Translations under genes and position numbers: made by a program
Shown: in pieces, positions 48,038 to 58,678 of the stretch
How the letters are laid out: each line of letters opens with the position of its first letter
Position numbering within the stretch: the first letter of the stretch is position 1
Source: a virus
Taxonomy: Duplodnaviria; Caudoviricetes
Length of the DNA: 64,000 bases
Strand: one strand, 5' to 3'
Virus record (IMG/VR): IMGVR_UViG_3300025362_000477
Notes under the pieces: generated by a model
What the model was told of the DNA's origin: nothing
Seen by the model: only the letters and a program-made list of their open reading frames with translations
Database searches by the model: none

Positions 48038-48871
48038 ATGAATTTATTGATATTTGATACAGAAACTACAGGATTAAAAAATGCAGAACTAATAGAATTT
48101 GCTGGAATTGTTAAATATTCAGATGGCACTATAAAGGACTCAGGTCTCATGCAGCAAATGGTTTATAATATGTGCCCTATACAAAAAATCTTACCTTCTA
48201 GTATTGTTATACATGGGATCACGCCCGAAAAAGCAAAGGAATATGAATCACCTGATATTGTAGTACCTCGAATTTTTGCTGCTATATGTAAATTACCAAA
48301 ACCTTTGGTATTGGTTGCTCATAATATAGCTTATGATGTTGAAATAATGAATTCATCATTTCAAAAATATATGAAAAAACCATTTCAACCCAAGTTATTT
48401 ATTGATACTTTGAAATTAGCTAAGCATTTAATACCTGATTGCAAAATTGGTGGATATAAATTAGATGCTATTTTCTACTATTTATATCCAGATCGTTTAG
48501 ATGAGATGCTTGCTAAAAGAGCTATACATAGGGCTCTCGATGATTGTGAGTTAACTTACGATGTTTTAATCGGATTGAAGAAGATATATGATAAGCAATT
48601 AGATAGAGAATCAACATGGGAAGAAGTTATAGCTCTAGCAGCTGCACCAATGAACTTAAGCGAAACAGAATGGAAGTTTGGTAAACATAAAGGAACGAAA
48701 CTCAAGAATACACCTAAAGGATATGTTAATTGGTGTCTCACTTCTGACTTCGGTAAAGATCCGAGAAATGCTGATATAATATATACACTAAAGAAGTTAC
48801 ATGGAATTAAACCAGAAATTAAGAAAGTTGATAATCCAGTACCTAAAGCAAAAGAAGAATTCCTATTCTAG
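48038..48871 (+). CDS. DnaQ/exonuclease X-like 3'-5' exonuclease with a C-terminal DUF3820-like domain
   Basis: FDTETTG, VAHNIAYD, HRALDD; FGKHKG.KL...PKGYVNW. Confidence 0.88.
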   Translation: MNLLIFDTETTGLKNAELIEFAGIVKYSDGTIKDSGLMQQMVYNMCPIQKILPSSIVIHGITPEKAKEYESPDIVVPRIFAAICKLPKPLVLVAHNIAYDVEIMNSSFQKYMKKPFQPKLFIDTLKLAKHLIPDCKIGGYKLDAIFYYLYPDRLDEMLAKRAIHRALDDCELTYDVLIGLKKIYDKQLDRESTWEEVIALAAAPMNLSETEWKFGKHKGTKLKNTPKGYVNWCLTSDFGKDPRNADIIYTLKKLHGIKPEIKKVDNPVPKAKEEFLF

Positions 48872-48915
48872 TTAGAACAAATATAAAATTTTAATTTATT
48901 TGGAGGTGACTACAT

Positions 48916-49242
48916 ATGGCATATCAAGGTATAAGCCCTAAACCAGAAGATACATGGGATGATAATACTCATGCTTTGAATTTGATGTATCAGAGTACTG
49001 CAGTTGAGAAATTTACAGTTGTGATAACAAGACCAATAGAAATTAATTCAAGTTATACTAGTATTGTTATAGATCCATTAATATATGATATATCATCAGC
49101 ATTAGTTGTTATGCCAGCAGGAGGTACAATACGATATAGTGTATCGATGATTCGTGAAGATGAAAATGGATATACTATATTTTATTCTAGTACAGTATTA
49201 GATTCGACATATAATTTAAAATATACCCTTGTGCAAAAATAG
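48916..49242 (+). CDS. Hypothetical (virion-associated?) protein
   Basis: GGAGG SD; promoter-like motif upstream. Confidence 0.5.
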   Translation: MAYQGISPKPEDTWDDNTHALNLMYQSTAVEKFTVVITRPIEINSSYTSIVIDPLIYDISSALVVMPAGGTIRYSVSMIREDENGYTIFYSSTVLDSTYNLKYTLVQK

Positions 49243-49251
49243 GTAAAAATT

Positions 49252-49755
49252 ATGAAAAAAACAATATTAATATTAACAATTATGATGGGATTGACCTCGA
49301 TGGCTCAACTCGAGACACCAATTGAAAATGGTAAGTGTCATGGACAATTAGATCTCAATACTAACGATTTAATAAATGTTAAGGATCTTAAAGTAGCGGG
49401 AATAATGGAATTAGGCGAAATCACTAATGTCGAACATGTTATTAATTCGGTTTATTTAATTCCATATCCTATACCAGTTATTAATGGAACTGCAACTGTT
49501 AGTAGAACAAAGAAATGGATACAATCGTTAATTCTTTCATCTCCAGCAACTTTGGATATTGATAGTTCTTTAATCTCTGAGATTGCTGAAATTAACCTTT
49601 CAATAGTGGCAGGAACAAACACATTAATGTATAGTATCAATGCAACTAATATTGTTAGTGGATTGAGTGATATTGCGGTGAGCACTAATGATACGACTAC
49701 GATACTTCTTTATTCACCGTTTAATAAAACAACATGGGAAGGAGCTGAACTGTAA
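49252..49755 (+). CDS. Hypothetical protein with a signal-like N-terminus and a tail-fibre-tip-like beta domain
   Basis: MKKTILILTIMMGL...; composition only. Confidence 0.4.
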   Translation: MKKTILILTIMMGLTSMAQLETPIENGKCHGQLDLNTNDLINVKDLKVAGIMELGEITNVEHVINSVYLIPYPIPVINGTATVSRTKKWIQSLILSSPATLDIDSSLISEIAEINLSIVAGTNTLMYSINATNIVSGLSDIAVSTNDTTTILLYSPFNKTTWEGAEL

Positions 49756-50231
49756 TGTATTACAATATTCATACTGAGAGTATATTTGCAAACTTACCAA
49801 AAACTCTTGCTGTTGCTGGTGGCGTGATAGCAAATCCGAATAATAATGATTATCATAAAGCGGGATGGTATACTTATATCCCGTTTGCCATACCGGTTGG
49901 TTACGTGGGTAATAATGCAACGAGACAATTCACTGTGGATAATGAATCATTTACAGTCACTGAGTCCATGGATGTTACTGTAGCACTCGAGCCTGTATAT
50001 ACAATGTCAAAGCTTAAATTGGTTCAGGCGTTGAGTTCTCTTGGTTTGCTTGATTCGTTTCTGGTGGCGTTACAAGCTGATGCGTCCGTAAAATTATTAT
50101 GGGATGTATCTGTTGTAATTGATAGTGATAACCCGCTAGTTATTGGGTTTATTACGGCGCACAAGGATTCACTGGGACTTAGTGATCAGGATGTTAAAGA
50201 TATGTTCGCAAGATGTGTATCAGATTTATAA
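49755..50231 (+). CDS. Putative tail-fibre-associated chaperone-like protein
   Basis: N-terminal NP....Y..AGWY motif; helical C-terminus; context. Confidence 0.4.
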   Translation: MYYNIHTESIFANLPKTLAVAGGVIANPNNNDYHKAGWYTYIPFAIPVGYVGNNATRQFTVDNESFTVTESMDVTVALEPVYTMSKLKLVQALSSLGLLDSFLVALQADASVKLLWDVSVVIDSDNPLVIGFITAHKDSLGLSDQDVKDMFARCVSDL

Positions 50232-50239
50232 GGTATATA

Positions 50240-51055
50240 ATGAATAAAAAAATCATAATCGGAATTGCGCTACTTTTGGTTTGTTGCACGGCTGGACGGC
50301 GGTTTGATATCGCGTGGCATTTACAGCTTGCGGCTGGGAGTGACGTGCCAGCATATCCAACAGACGGACTCGTTTTATGGTTGGATGGAATTTGGAATGC
50401 AGGGGTGAACACTACAGATGCTAACGCCACTAACTGGGTTGATCTCAGTGGAAGTGGCAATAATGCAACAGGCTACAACATGGCTGGTACTGGCGGCGGT
50501 TACTCCACCGTGTATAACGGATACGTGTATACTAATCCTGCATCGTACCATGAGGTCACAGGATTGCCTGCCAGTGGAATTATTGGCGGTAATGATGTAA
50601 CAATAGAAGTATGTTATAAGACTTTCGGGAGCACCGGAAATTCACAAGGCCCGTTGTCGTATCAGCCAAGCAATTTCGGTGCAGTCAATTCTCACTCTGT
50701 GTCTTTTGGTTATCAGCCCGATGTTACATACACGTACGTGGCACACGTAAACGCCCTCGTAAACTACCACGAAGTTAAAAAGACGGTGTGTTGGACCCAT
50801 AAATCCTCTGATGGAGCAGAAAAACTTTACATCGGTGGTGTTGAACGAGCATCAGATTCCTATGCTACACTCGATTTCCAGGCGATAAACTACTTATGGA
50901 TTGGCGGGGCTTGGAGATATATTTCAATGACACGTGGCGGCAGAGACCTGAACGGTTATGTCCAATCCGTCAGGGTATATGACCGGGTCTTGACCCCAGC
51001 AGAAGTAGCACAGAACGCACAGATTGATACTGACAGGTTTGCCAGTTTTGATTAA
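50240..51055 (+). CDS. LamG/concanavalin-like domain protein with a signal-like N-terminus
   Basis: GLVLWLDG, WVDLSGSGNNAT, LYIGG, NGYVQSVRVYDRVLT..EV. Confidence 0.8.
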   Translation: MNKKIIIGIALLLVCCTAGRRFDIAWHLQLAAGSDVPAYPTDGLVLWLDGIWNAGVNTTDANATNWVDLSGSGNNATGYNMAGTGGGYSTVYNGYVYTNPASYHEVTGLPASGIIGGNDVTIEVCYKTFGSTGNSQGPLSYQPSNFGAVNSHSVSFGYQPDVTYTYVAHVNALVNYHEVKKTVCWTHKSSDGAEKLYIGGVERASDSYATLDFQAINYLWIGGAWRYISMTRGGRDLNGYVQSVRVYDRVLTPAEVAQNAQIDTDRFASFD

Positions 51056-51307
51056 GGGATGTGACAAATGACTCAGATATCTGACCCATATGCAGGCGAG
51101 TTGGTAGACGCGGCAGATTGCTTGGTGGCTTAGCGAAACGGAACTCAAGCGGATATTCAAAAACTCGCATGAGGAAATTGGAAGAAGGCCGGTTGAGATT
51201 TACAAATAATTTGCCATGAGTGTGGCAGGATGTGGCCACTGGTCTTAATGGAGATTTCTACCAGTGTGCTACATGTTTTAAAACCGATTTAAGAAAGGCG
51301 TGGCAAA

Positions 51308-51571
51308 ATGGCAACGATTAACGACATGATTCTGCAACAGCTTAAAGACCTTAATTTGAAGGTTGATAACATTATGCGGAATGGATGCGCAAAGGCAGAA
51401 ACACATGATACTATCCAAAAAAACCAGAGCGAGATATTCACCAGAATAAATGCCATTGAGCACACGCAGGATGAAGGGCGCGGGAAGTTAATTTTAGGCT
51501 GTAGTATTATGTCCGCAATTGTTGGCGGTGGTATTGCCATGTTTTTTCAGTGGATTGGTAAAACGTTTTAG
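51308..51571 (+). CDS. Coiled-coil protein with a C-terminal TM helix (holin/XhlA-like)
   Basis: ILGCSIMSAIVGGGIAMFF. Confidence 0.45.
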   Translation: MATINDMILQQLKDLNLKVDNIMRNGCAKAETHDTIQKNQSEIFTRINAIEHTQDEGRGKLILGCSIMSAIVGGGIAMFFQWIGKTF

Positions 51572-51577
51572 AAAGGA

Positions 51578-51823
51578 TTGAAAATGAATAAATCAATTAT
51601 CAGATTACTTGCTATCTGCCTGCTCACGGCCTTTCTGGAGGGGTGCGTATCAACTCACTTGGTTACGCCTAACGGAACAAAGATTGACCGCAGGGCGTTC
51701 CTTTATCCATTTGACACCAGTGCAACGATTGATCCAGACACAGGCATTATATCGTTTGGCTATAACACCGATGGCGGTGGAGGCGCAAAAAATTCTTATA
51801 CTGGTGGCAATGGTGGAAGCTGA
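51578..51823 (+). CDS. Small lipoprotein
   Basis: Signal peptide with lipobox-like LEGC. Confidence 0.55.
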   Translation: MKMNKSIIRLLAICLLTAFLEGCVSTHLVTPNGTKIDRRAFLYPFDTSATIDPDTGIISFGYNTDGGGGAKNSYTGGNGGS

Positions 51824-51969
51824 ACTGTGATAATCCGGTATTTAACAAATTAAGCAGTTACAATCGGCAAAGATTAACCAAGGCAAAAAGGATTTGAAAT
51901 GATATTCTATTAAAGGAATATGAATAAATAAATTAATAAATACAAACTATAAATTGGAGATATATAAAT

Positions 51970-52134
51970 ATGAATGAAATTGATAAACTAAAAATTGCAT
52001 TATTTGATTTACATAATGAAATTCAAATTAAGAATAACATGTACAATCAAGGAATGACCCAGTTACAAAAACTGACATCTGAAGAGGAATCTAGAACTCC
52101 AGAAGTTCCAATAGTAAAAAACAACAAAAAATAA
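51970..52134 (+). CDS. Small coiled-coil protein (54 aa, not in the ORF track)
   Basis: GGAG SD; MNEIDKLKIALFDLHNEIQ... Confidence 0.45.
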   Translation: MNEIDKLKIALFDLHNEIQIKNNMYNQGMTQLQKLTSEEESRTPEVPIVKNNKK

Positions 52135-52139
52135 CAATT

Positions 52140-53213
52140 ATGATAAAAGAAATTTGTGTAATTGGACACCCCTCACTGTGCGGTGGCGCTGATACTGAAC
52201 TGTTTGATCAGATTAAATGTTGGTATAAAATGGGAATTAAGATCTATATTCTACATACTGGACCTATAAGAGGGGTAGTTCAAAAATTAAAACCTATACT
52301 AGAGCAAAAATATAATTGCACCTATTTAACTCCTCGTCATTGGAATAGATGTAGAGGTATGCATTGCATATCTTTTTGTAACGGGGAATTTTTAAATAAT
52401 CTTCAAAAGATTAAACGTTATGCAAGATCCACAACATTTGTAAATTGTATGACATGGAACTTTAAAAAGGAAATTGAATGTCAATCTAAAGGATTGATAG
52501 ATTTTCATTTATATCAGAGCGATCATGGTCAAAGATTAGTTTCAAGAGGATTAGATAAACTTGATAATTATAACCCATTAAGATTTGATCCTTATTTTGA
52601 TTCGAGTGCATTTAAATATAATGAGAATAGATCAGTAGATCATTTTAGATTTGGTAGAATTTCAAGAGCTGATCTTGTAAAATATTCAGGGAATCAATTA
52701 GATATATATGATTGTTTTCAATCACCATTACCAAAATCTGGATTGATGTTGGGATGGGCACCTTCTCTTATAACTAAGTTAAGAATGAAGAAATCTGATA
52801 TATCAGAGAAATTACATAACGGAAATAAAGTTGAATTCTATAAGGGTTATTTACAATTGCTAAAAGAAGGTGCAGTTACTCAGCAAAATTTTTATAAATT
52901 TTGTGATGTAATGATATTGGCTGCTGATACATTTGAGAATCTTCCCCGGGTCGGCATGGAATGCATGGCATCTGGATCAGTTATGATAGTTGATAATCGA
53001 GGTGGATGGACATTACAAGTAGAAGATGGAGTTACTGGATTCTTATGTGATGGACCCAAAGATTTCATAGAAAAGTCAACTTTAGTAGCTAATAATCAGG
53101 GATTAAAAGATGATTTAAGAGGGTCTGCTAGACTTAAGCTTGAACAAGAATGGGGTATCGAAAAGTCCATGAAAAGTTGGGATTTAGTTTTTAAAGAAAT
53201 GGAGAAGAAGTAA
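52140..53213 (+). CDS. GT-B (GT4-like) glycosyltransferase
   Basis: FGRISR; ENLPRVGMECMASG (EX7E); GVTGFL. Confidence 0.85.
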   Translation: MIKEICVIGHPSLCGGADTELFDQIKCWYKMGIKIYILHTGPIRGVVQKLKPILEQKYNCTYLTPRHWNRCRGMHCISFCNGEFLNNLQKIKRYARSTTFVNCMTWNFKKEIECQSKGLIDFHLYQSDHGQRLVSRGLDKLDNYNPLRFDPYFDSSAFKYNENRSVDHFRFGRISRADLVKYSGNQLDIYDCFQSPLPKSGLMLGWAPSLITKLRMKKSDISEKLHNGNKVEFYKGYLQLLKEGAVTQQNFYKFCDVMILAADTFENLPRVGMECMASGSVMIVDNRGGWTLQVEDGVTGFLCDGPKDFIEKSTLVANNQGLKDDLRGSARLKLEQEWGIEKSMKSWDLVFKEMEKK

Positions 53214-54298
53214 TGATTGAATGTCAAATATGTGGGAGAGAATTTGATTCATTGCTGGGATTATCTACTCATATTAGATATAGTGATACATCTAATAAAA
53301 ATTATTATGATAAGTATTTAAAAAAAGATGGTGATGGTGTATGTATATGTGGAAAATCTACTTCTTATTTAGGACTTAGATATGGATATTCAAAATATTG
53401 CTGTCATAAATGTTCGGCTAATTCTGATGTTGTTCAATTTAAACGAAAAGTTACATTATTTGATAGATATGGTGTAGATAATCCATCTAAATATCCAGAA
53501 TTTCAAAATAAAAGAGATCAAACATGGATATCTCATTATGGTGTAAATCATCCATCTAAATCTTCTGACATAAAAGAGAAAAAAAGACAAACATCATTAA
53601 GAAATTATGGTGTGGATAATCCATTAAAATCTAAAGTCGTCAGAGATAAATTTAGAATAATTTGTTTGAAGAAATATGGTTTTAAATTTTCTAGTCAGTA
53701 CCCAGAAATCAAAGATAAATGCAAAAATACATGTTTGAAAAGATATGGGGTAGAGTATTCAATACAATCTGATATAGTGAAAGACAAAATAAAAAATTCA
53801 CTGATTAAAAGATATGGGGAAAGACCATTTCATAATCCACAGATAAGAAATAAATATAAAAAAACATGCTTGATGAAATATGGTGTTGATAATTGGGCTA
53901 AAACAGAAAAAGCTAAAAAATTATTTAGAGAATTGTTTATAAAATATATAGAAGAAAAATATCCGGATGGAATGAAATTTCAACCAAGAATTGGAAATCA
54001 TGAACCTTCCGTTTTTGATATTTTACAAAAAAATACATCATATCAAATATTATTACAAAAAAATGTTATTGGATATTTTCCTGATGGATATATTTCAAAA
54101 TTGAACTTAGTTATTGAATATGATGAGCCTTCTCATAATTTGTATTGGGCTAAAATAAGAGATAGTAAAAAAGATAAATCGTATCAATTTTATGGATATA
54201 AAGTTTTCAGAATTAAAGAAAAAGAATGGGAAAATAGCCAGCAATCAATTATAGATCAATTTAAAGAAATAATTATGGAGTGTGTCAAAAATGTATAA
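53213..54298 (+). CDS. Zn-finger/KYG-repeat DUF559-like homing endonuclease
   Basis: Same family as 5221 and 15165; GYFPDGYISKLNLVIEYDE. Confidence 0.75.
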   Translation: MIECQICGREFDSLLGLSTHIRYSDTSNKNYYDKYLKKDGDGVCICGKSTSYLGLRYGYSKYCCHKCSANSDVVQFKRKVTLFDRYGVDNPSKYPEFQNKRDQTWISHYGVNHPSKSSDIKEKKRQTSLRNYGVDNPLKSKVVRDKFRIICLKKYGFKFSSQYPEIKDKCKNTCLKRYGVEYSIQSDIVKDKIKNSLIKRYGERPFHNPQIRNKYKKTCLMKYGVDNWAKTEKAKKLFRELFIKYIEEKYPDGMKFQPRIGNHEPSVFDILQKNTSYQILLQKNVIGYFPDGYISKLNLVIEYDEPSHNLYWAKIRDSKKDKSYQFYGYKVFRIKEKEWENSQQSIIDQFKEIIMECVKNV

Positions 54299-55181
54299 TA
54301 TTAGACTTCTTTATGATATCAAAGGATGGGCATACTATTGGAGATGCATGGCTTTACAAAAGTATGCTCCAAGTGATTTTAAAGTTACTTGTGGATCTAA
54401 TTATGGTCAAGCTTTTAGAGATAGAAAACATGACATGGTATTACAACTAGCATATAGCTACGCTGGAGATCTAAGAAAACATATGAACAATGGTAAATAT
54501 AAATTTCCATTAGTGTCATCATTCAATGTCGGTTGGAATTATGCAAACAAGTGGTTAGATGGGGCAATTAAATATTCTGACAAAGTGATAATCAATAATT
54601 ATGAAATGTGGGATAAATTTGGCAGGCACCCGAAAACAAAGCATATATCAAATGGAGTTGATAGAGAGATCTTCAAAATCCGTAAAGATATCAAGTTAAG
54701 AAAACCAAAAGTTTTGTGGTGCGGATCTGAGTGTCATAGAAAAACAAAAAATTATGATAAAATATTACTCCCATTGGCTAATATGTTAAAAAAACATAAT
54801 ATCCCATTTGATTTTAAATTAGTAAATTCAACTGGTAGTAAGAGATTGACTCAAGAGCAGATGGCATACTGGTATAACACTGGCTCTATATATGTATGTG
54901 CAAGTAATACAGAAGGTACCCCTAATCCAGGCATAGAATCTGCATCATGTGGATGTACCGTTGTATCAACTAGAGTTGGAAATATGCCTGAATTGATTCA
55001 AGATGGAAAAAATGGATTTTTATGTGATAAAAATGTTAACTCTATTTTTAATGGAATTCAAAAAGCTTCTGAAAATTTACATGAATTATCGAATAATATG
55101 CAAGAATCTATCGAATCATGGGATTGGAAATATCGAAGTAAAGAGTATTATGATTTCTTTCGAGAGGTGATAAATATATGA
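54282..55181 (+). CDS. GT-B (GT4-like) glycosyltransferase
   Basis: SNGVD, EGTPNPGIESASCG, DGKNGFL. Confidence 0.88.
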   Translation: MSKMYNIRLLYDIKGWAYYWRCMALQKYAPSDFKVTCGSNYGQAFRDRKHDMVLQLAYSYAGDLRKHMNNGKYKFPLVSSFNVGWNYANKWLDGAIKYSDKVIINNYEMWDKFGRHPKTKHISNGVDREIFKIRKDIKLRKPKVLWCGSECHRKTKNYDKILLPLANMLKKHNIPFDFKLVNSTGSKRLTQEQMAYWYNTGSIYVCASNTEGTPNPGIESASCGCTVVSTRVGNMPELIQDGKNGFLCDKNVNSIFNGIQKASENLHELSNNMQESIESWDWKYRSKEYYDFFREVINI

Positions 55182-56110
55182 TCGATAATATTATAGAATG
55201 TCAGATATGTCATAAAAAAATGAAAAAAGTATCATTAAAAAATCATGTTTTTTCTGCTCATAAAATTAAAATTAAAGATTATTATGATAAATATTTAAAA
55301 AAAGATGATGAAGGTATATGCTATTGTGGTAATCAAACAAAATTTCTTAGTTTTTTATTTGGTTATAGAGAATTCTGTTCTGTGAATTGTCAGACAAAAT
55401 CTAAAGAAATTACAAAACCATTAAAAATATTATTTGAAAAAAATTATGAATGTATGATATGTAATAAAAAATTGACAACCATTAATGGTTTATCAAAACA
55501 TATTCGATTGATTCATAATATGACATCCATAATTTATTATGATAAATATTTAAAAAAAGATAATGAGGGATTGTGTCAATATTGTGGGAAAAAAACAAAG
55601 TTTTTAGGATTGAATAAAGGATATAATTCATATTGCTGTAATTCATGCGGTTCGCTAGATCCATTTATTCAAGACAAAAACCGAGAGACGAATCTTAAAA
55701 AATATGGTGAAACTAATTTTTCTAAAACAAGAAGAGGAAGATTGATAAGTAGAAATACATGTATTCATAGAATTCAAATTCAAAAAGAATGTGGTTATTC
55801 TACAGTACCTGCTATGGGAAAATATGAATCGAGTTGTTTAAATGAATTACAAAAATATACTGATTTCGAAATTAAAAGAAATCCAAAAATAATTGGATAT
55901 TTTCCTGATGGTTACATAAAAGAGTTAAAATTAATAATTGAGTTTGATGAATCTGTTCATTATGTAAATAACAAACTAACAAAAAAAGATCAATATCGGC
56001 AGAATGAATTAGAAAAATATTTAAAATGTAATTTTTATAGAATTAAAGAATCTGATTGGTTGAAAGATCCAAATACTATATTAGAAAAATTTCGGGAGGT
56101 AATTAAATGA
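55178..56110 (+). CDS. Zn-finger DUF559-like homing endonuclease (duplicated Zn module)
   Basis: Two CxxC..H/YYDKYLKKD modules; GYFPDGYIKELKLIIEFDE. Confidence 0.75.
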   Translation: MIDNIIECQICHKKMKKVSLKNHVFSAHKIKIKDYYDKYLKKDDEGICYCGNQTKFLSFLFGYREFCSVNCQTKSKEITKPLKILFEKNYECMICNKKLTTINGLSKHIRLIHNMTSIIYYDKYLKKDNEGLCQYCGKKTKFLGLNKGYNSYCCNSCGSLDPFIQDKNRETNLKKYGETNFSKTRRGRLISRNTCIHRIQIQKECGYSTVPAMGKYESSCLNELQKYTDFEIKRNPKIIGYFPDGYIKELKLIIEFDESVHYVNNKLTKKDQYRQNELEKYLKCNFYRIKESDWLKDPNTILEKFREVIK

Positions 56111-56934
56111 GACAGATTCCAATGGCAAGTCAGCGAATATTAGAGAGAAAGCATAAACTTTGTCAAAGTCTACCACATAGACCTCCTATCAAATCAAAAA
56201 CAAAAAAGAAACCAATCAATTATAATAATTTTGAAATTTTTGCGTATTGCTCTAAAAATTATCAAGATGCTTTTGATTTTGTAATGCCGTCATGGATAGC
56301 ATGCAAATCAGTTACTAAGATTACAGTATATACTGATTGGGATTATGAATATGATAATGATAAAGTAATAATAATCTCAATGTTCGATCAAAGTACTGAT
56401 TGGATTGTTGGCACTGGTCGTAGATTAGACGTTATAAAAAGATTCTCTGATGAAAATCGAGGGAGTAATAAAAACATATTATTCTTAGATATTGATTGTT
56501 ATATGGTTTCTGATCCTTCTGAAATATTCAATGAAAAGTTTGATATTGGTATTAGTAGATTGAATAGTAAAGAATCTCATGCTAATAAAACTGCAACAGC
56601 CGGATTATGGTTTGCTAGATTGACTCCTGGATATTATAATTTTATTGATTCATGGTTTGAGACAGCTCAGAGATTTAAGGCTAAAGGTACTGGGTTGATT
56701 AAATATCATATATCATATGTTCAATATTCTTTCACTAAAGTAGCTAAAAGAAAAACTAAAGATTATAATGTTTTATCTATCAATGAAAATATCTATAATT
56801 CAGAACACACTGTCACATCAAAATGGTTAGATAAGATTAGAAGATTTAACCCGAAAATTTTACATTATAAAGGTAGAAGGTTTAGAGATGAAAAGATTAT
56901 TCAACAAACATTTAAAGCAGCAGGGATCAAATGA
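56107..56934 (+). CDS. GT-A-like nucleotide-diphospho-sugar transferase
   Basis: ILFLDIDCY (DxD), YNS, ILHYKG. Confidence 0.65.
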   Translation: MRQIPMASQRILERKHKLCQSLPHRPPIKSKTKKKPINYNNFEIFAYCSKNYQDAFDFVMPSWIACKSVTKITVYTDWDYEYDNDKVIIISMFDQSTDWIVGTGRRLDVIKRFSDENRGSNKNILFLDIDCYMVSDPSEIFNEKFDIGISRLNSKESHANKTATAGLWFARLTPGYYNFIDSWFETAQRFKAKGTGLIKYHISYVQYSFTKVAKRKTKDYNVLSINENIYNSEHTVTSKWLDKIRRFNPKILHYKGRRFRDEKIIQQTFKAAGIK

Positions 56935-57572
56935 ATGAGCATACAGTATTAACAAAACTATCAAATGAATGGGATAATTTAGATTTGAACAAAACGAATC
57001 TAGATCCTGCACATAAATTTCTGAACCGGAAAAGAACGATTTCACTCAATGCCAAAAGATTGTTTCAATATGTTCCTGAATTTTTAAAACCGAAATCTGT
57101 GATATTGGATGTGTCATGTGGGAGTGGGGCATCATTAGAAGTTATCAGATGTGCTGGGGCTGATGGTCTTGGGTTAGAATTTTCATCGATATCAAAAAAT
57201 AAAAAACCATTGAATGAAGAATATTACAAAGATGTGAATGCATATTCTGATTATGAACCATGTCTGATATCACAAAGATTGAATTATATAGTACATGATT
57301 GTTCTCAAACACCATATCCATTTGAAGATAATTCTTTCGATTTGGTTTTGAATTATGGAGCTATTACTTTTTATGGTGAACCAGAAGAATGGCCTAGAAT
57401 CTTGAACGAGTTCAAACGGATTTCAAAAGATACTATATTATGCGGGATCAACGTTGGTGATAAATGGGATAGAGGAGAATCAATCGTAGACAAATGGTCT
57501 GATAATCAAAAAGATTTAACATTAATTCAAAAGCAAGGATCGATATATAAATGGAAATTCAAAAAGTCTTAG
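56931..57572 (+). CDS. Class I SAM-dependent methyltransferase
   Basis: ILDVSCGSG, YPFEDNSFDLV. Confidence 0.85.
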   Translation: MNEHTVLTKLSNEWDNLDLNKTNLDPAHKFLNRKRTISLNAKRLFQYVPEFLKPKSVILDVSCGSGASLEVIRCAGADGLGLEFSSISKNKKPLNEEYYKDVNAYSDYEPCLISQRLNYIVHDCSQTPYPFEDNSFDLVLNYGAITFYGEPEEWPRILNEFKRISKDTILCGINVGDKWDRGESIVDKWSDNQKDLTLIQKQGSIYKWKFKKS

Positions 57573-58678
57573 TAATTGGTGGGTATCATGCCCCGCAGGA
57601 AATTCCACAGATTCATTATTCAGGTACTAAAGATATTAATCTAGCTATTGGATTTAAACAGTTCTGTAGTTCTGTATTTGTGACATCTAGTAAAATCAAT
57701 GAAGAAGTGGATGGTATACATTTTATGCCATTATCGGACATGTCTTTCGAATTCTTTGATTCATTCGATTTAATTATATTTACACGAGAACAGTTTTTTG
57801 AAGGTATAATAAAAAGAAACTCTGAACTGGAAAGATTCATATTCGATAATGATTACAGGAGAACATTTATAGCTTGTAGAATGGGATCTTCCAGTTGGAT
57901 GGATACAACTAGATGGACTAGAAAAGAATTATACAATGTCTTCGATTTGATCATGCCTCAAACCCCATCTTTCGTAGCAGCTGCTAAACAAAAATTCAAT
58001 GGCGATCCGGATAACAAAATATACCCATCAGCGATGGCAGTACCGATGTCACTCCCAAAAAAATTAAAATGTCCATTTAAGAAATCTAAATGCAATTTGA
58101 TATATATGGGACGGATGAGACACAACCCATCTAGAATGCCTTCTATGATCCATATTATGAATCTATTAGGAAATGATTTTCATTTAAATATTTTACCTGG
58201 TACATTCAGTAAACCAAATATGATAAATGGTAGAAATAAATTTGGTCCGGAGAATGAAATTAATTTTAACTGGTTAAAAGATTATTTTTCAGAAGCAAAA
58301 AATATCACAGTACATAATCCAGTTGAATGGGGTGAGCATTGGAATTGGTTACAGAATTCAGATTATGCATTAGACTTCTCTCCGAATCCAAAAGCTATAA
58401 AACATTCAGCCGGAAATGCTAAACTTCTAGAATATATGGCTGCTGGCTTACCAGTGATTGTTGAATATGGTCCAGGAAATTTAGAATTGGTAACTCAATC
58501 TAATGGTGGTATTGTTATAGATAGAGGATCTGATGCTAACAAATATGCAGATGGTATTATTGAAGCATTGAAAACAAAATTCGATAGATCTGCTATATCT
58601 AAACATACTATTAGAAATCATAACTGGAGTGTTAGATCAAAAGAAATTTTAGATCTAATATCGGAGATTCAAAAATGA
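57551..58678 (+). CDS. GT-B (GT4-like) glycosyltransferase
   Basis: IYMGR, AKLLEYMAAGLPV. Confidence 0.82.
   Translation: MEIQKVLVIGGYHAPQEIPQIHYSGTKDINLAIGFKQFCSSVFVTSSKINEEVDGIHFMPLSDMSFEFFDSFDLIIFTREQFFEGIIKRNSELERFIFDNDYRRTFIACRMGSSSWMDTTRWTRKELYNVFDLIMPQTPSFVAAAKQKFNGDPDNKIYPSAMAVPMSLPKKLKCPFKKSKCNLIYMGRMRHNPSRMPSMIHIMNLLGNDFHLNILPGTFSKPNMINGRNKFGPENEINFNWLKDYFSEAKNITVHNPVEWGEHWNWLQNSDYALDFSPNPKAIKHSAGNAKLLEYMAAGLPVIVEYGPGNLELVTQSNGGIVIDRGSDANKYADGIIEALKTKFDRSAISKHTIRNHNWSVRSKEILDLISEIQK

Noticed and set aside
49755-51830. Diversity-generating retroelement acting on the LamG gene
   Set aside because: No reverse transcriptase and no template/variable repeat pair seen.
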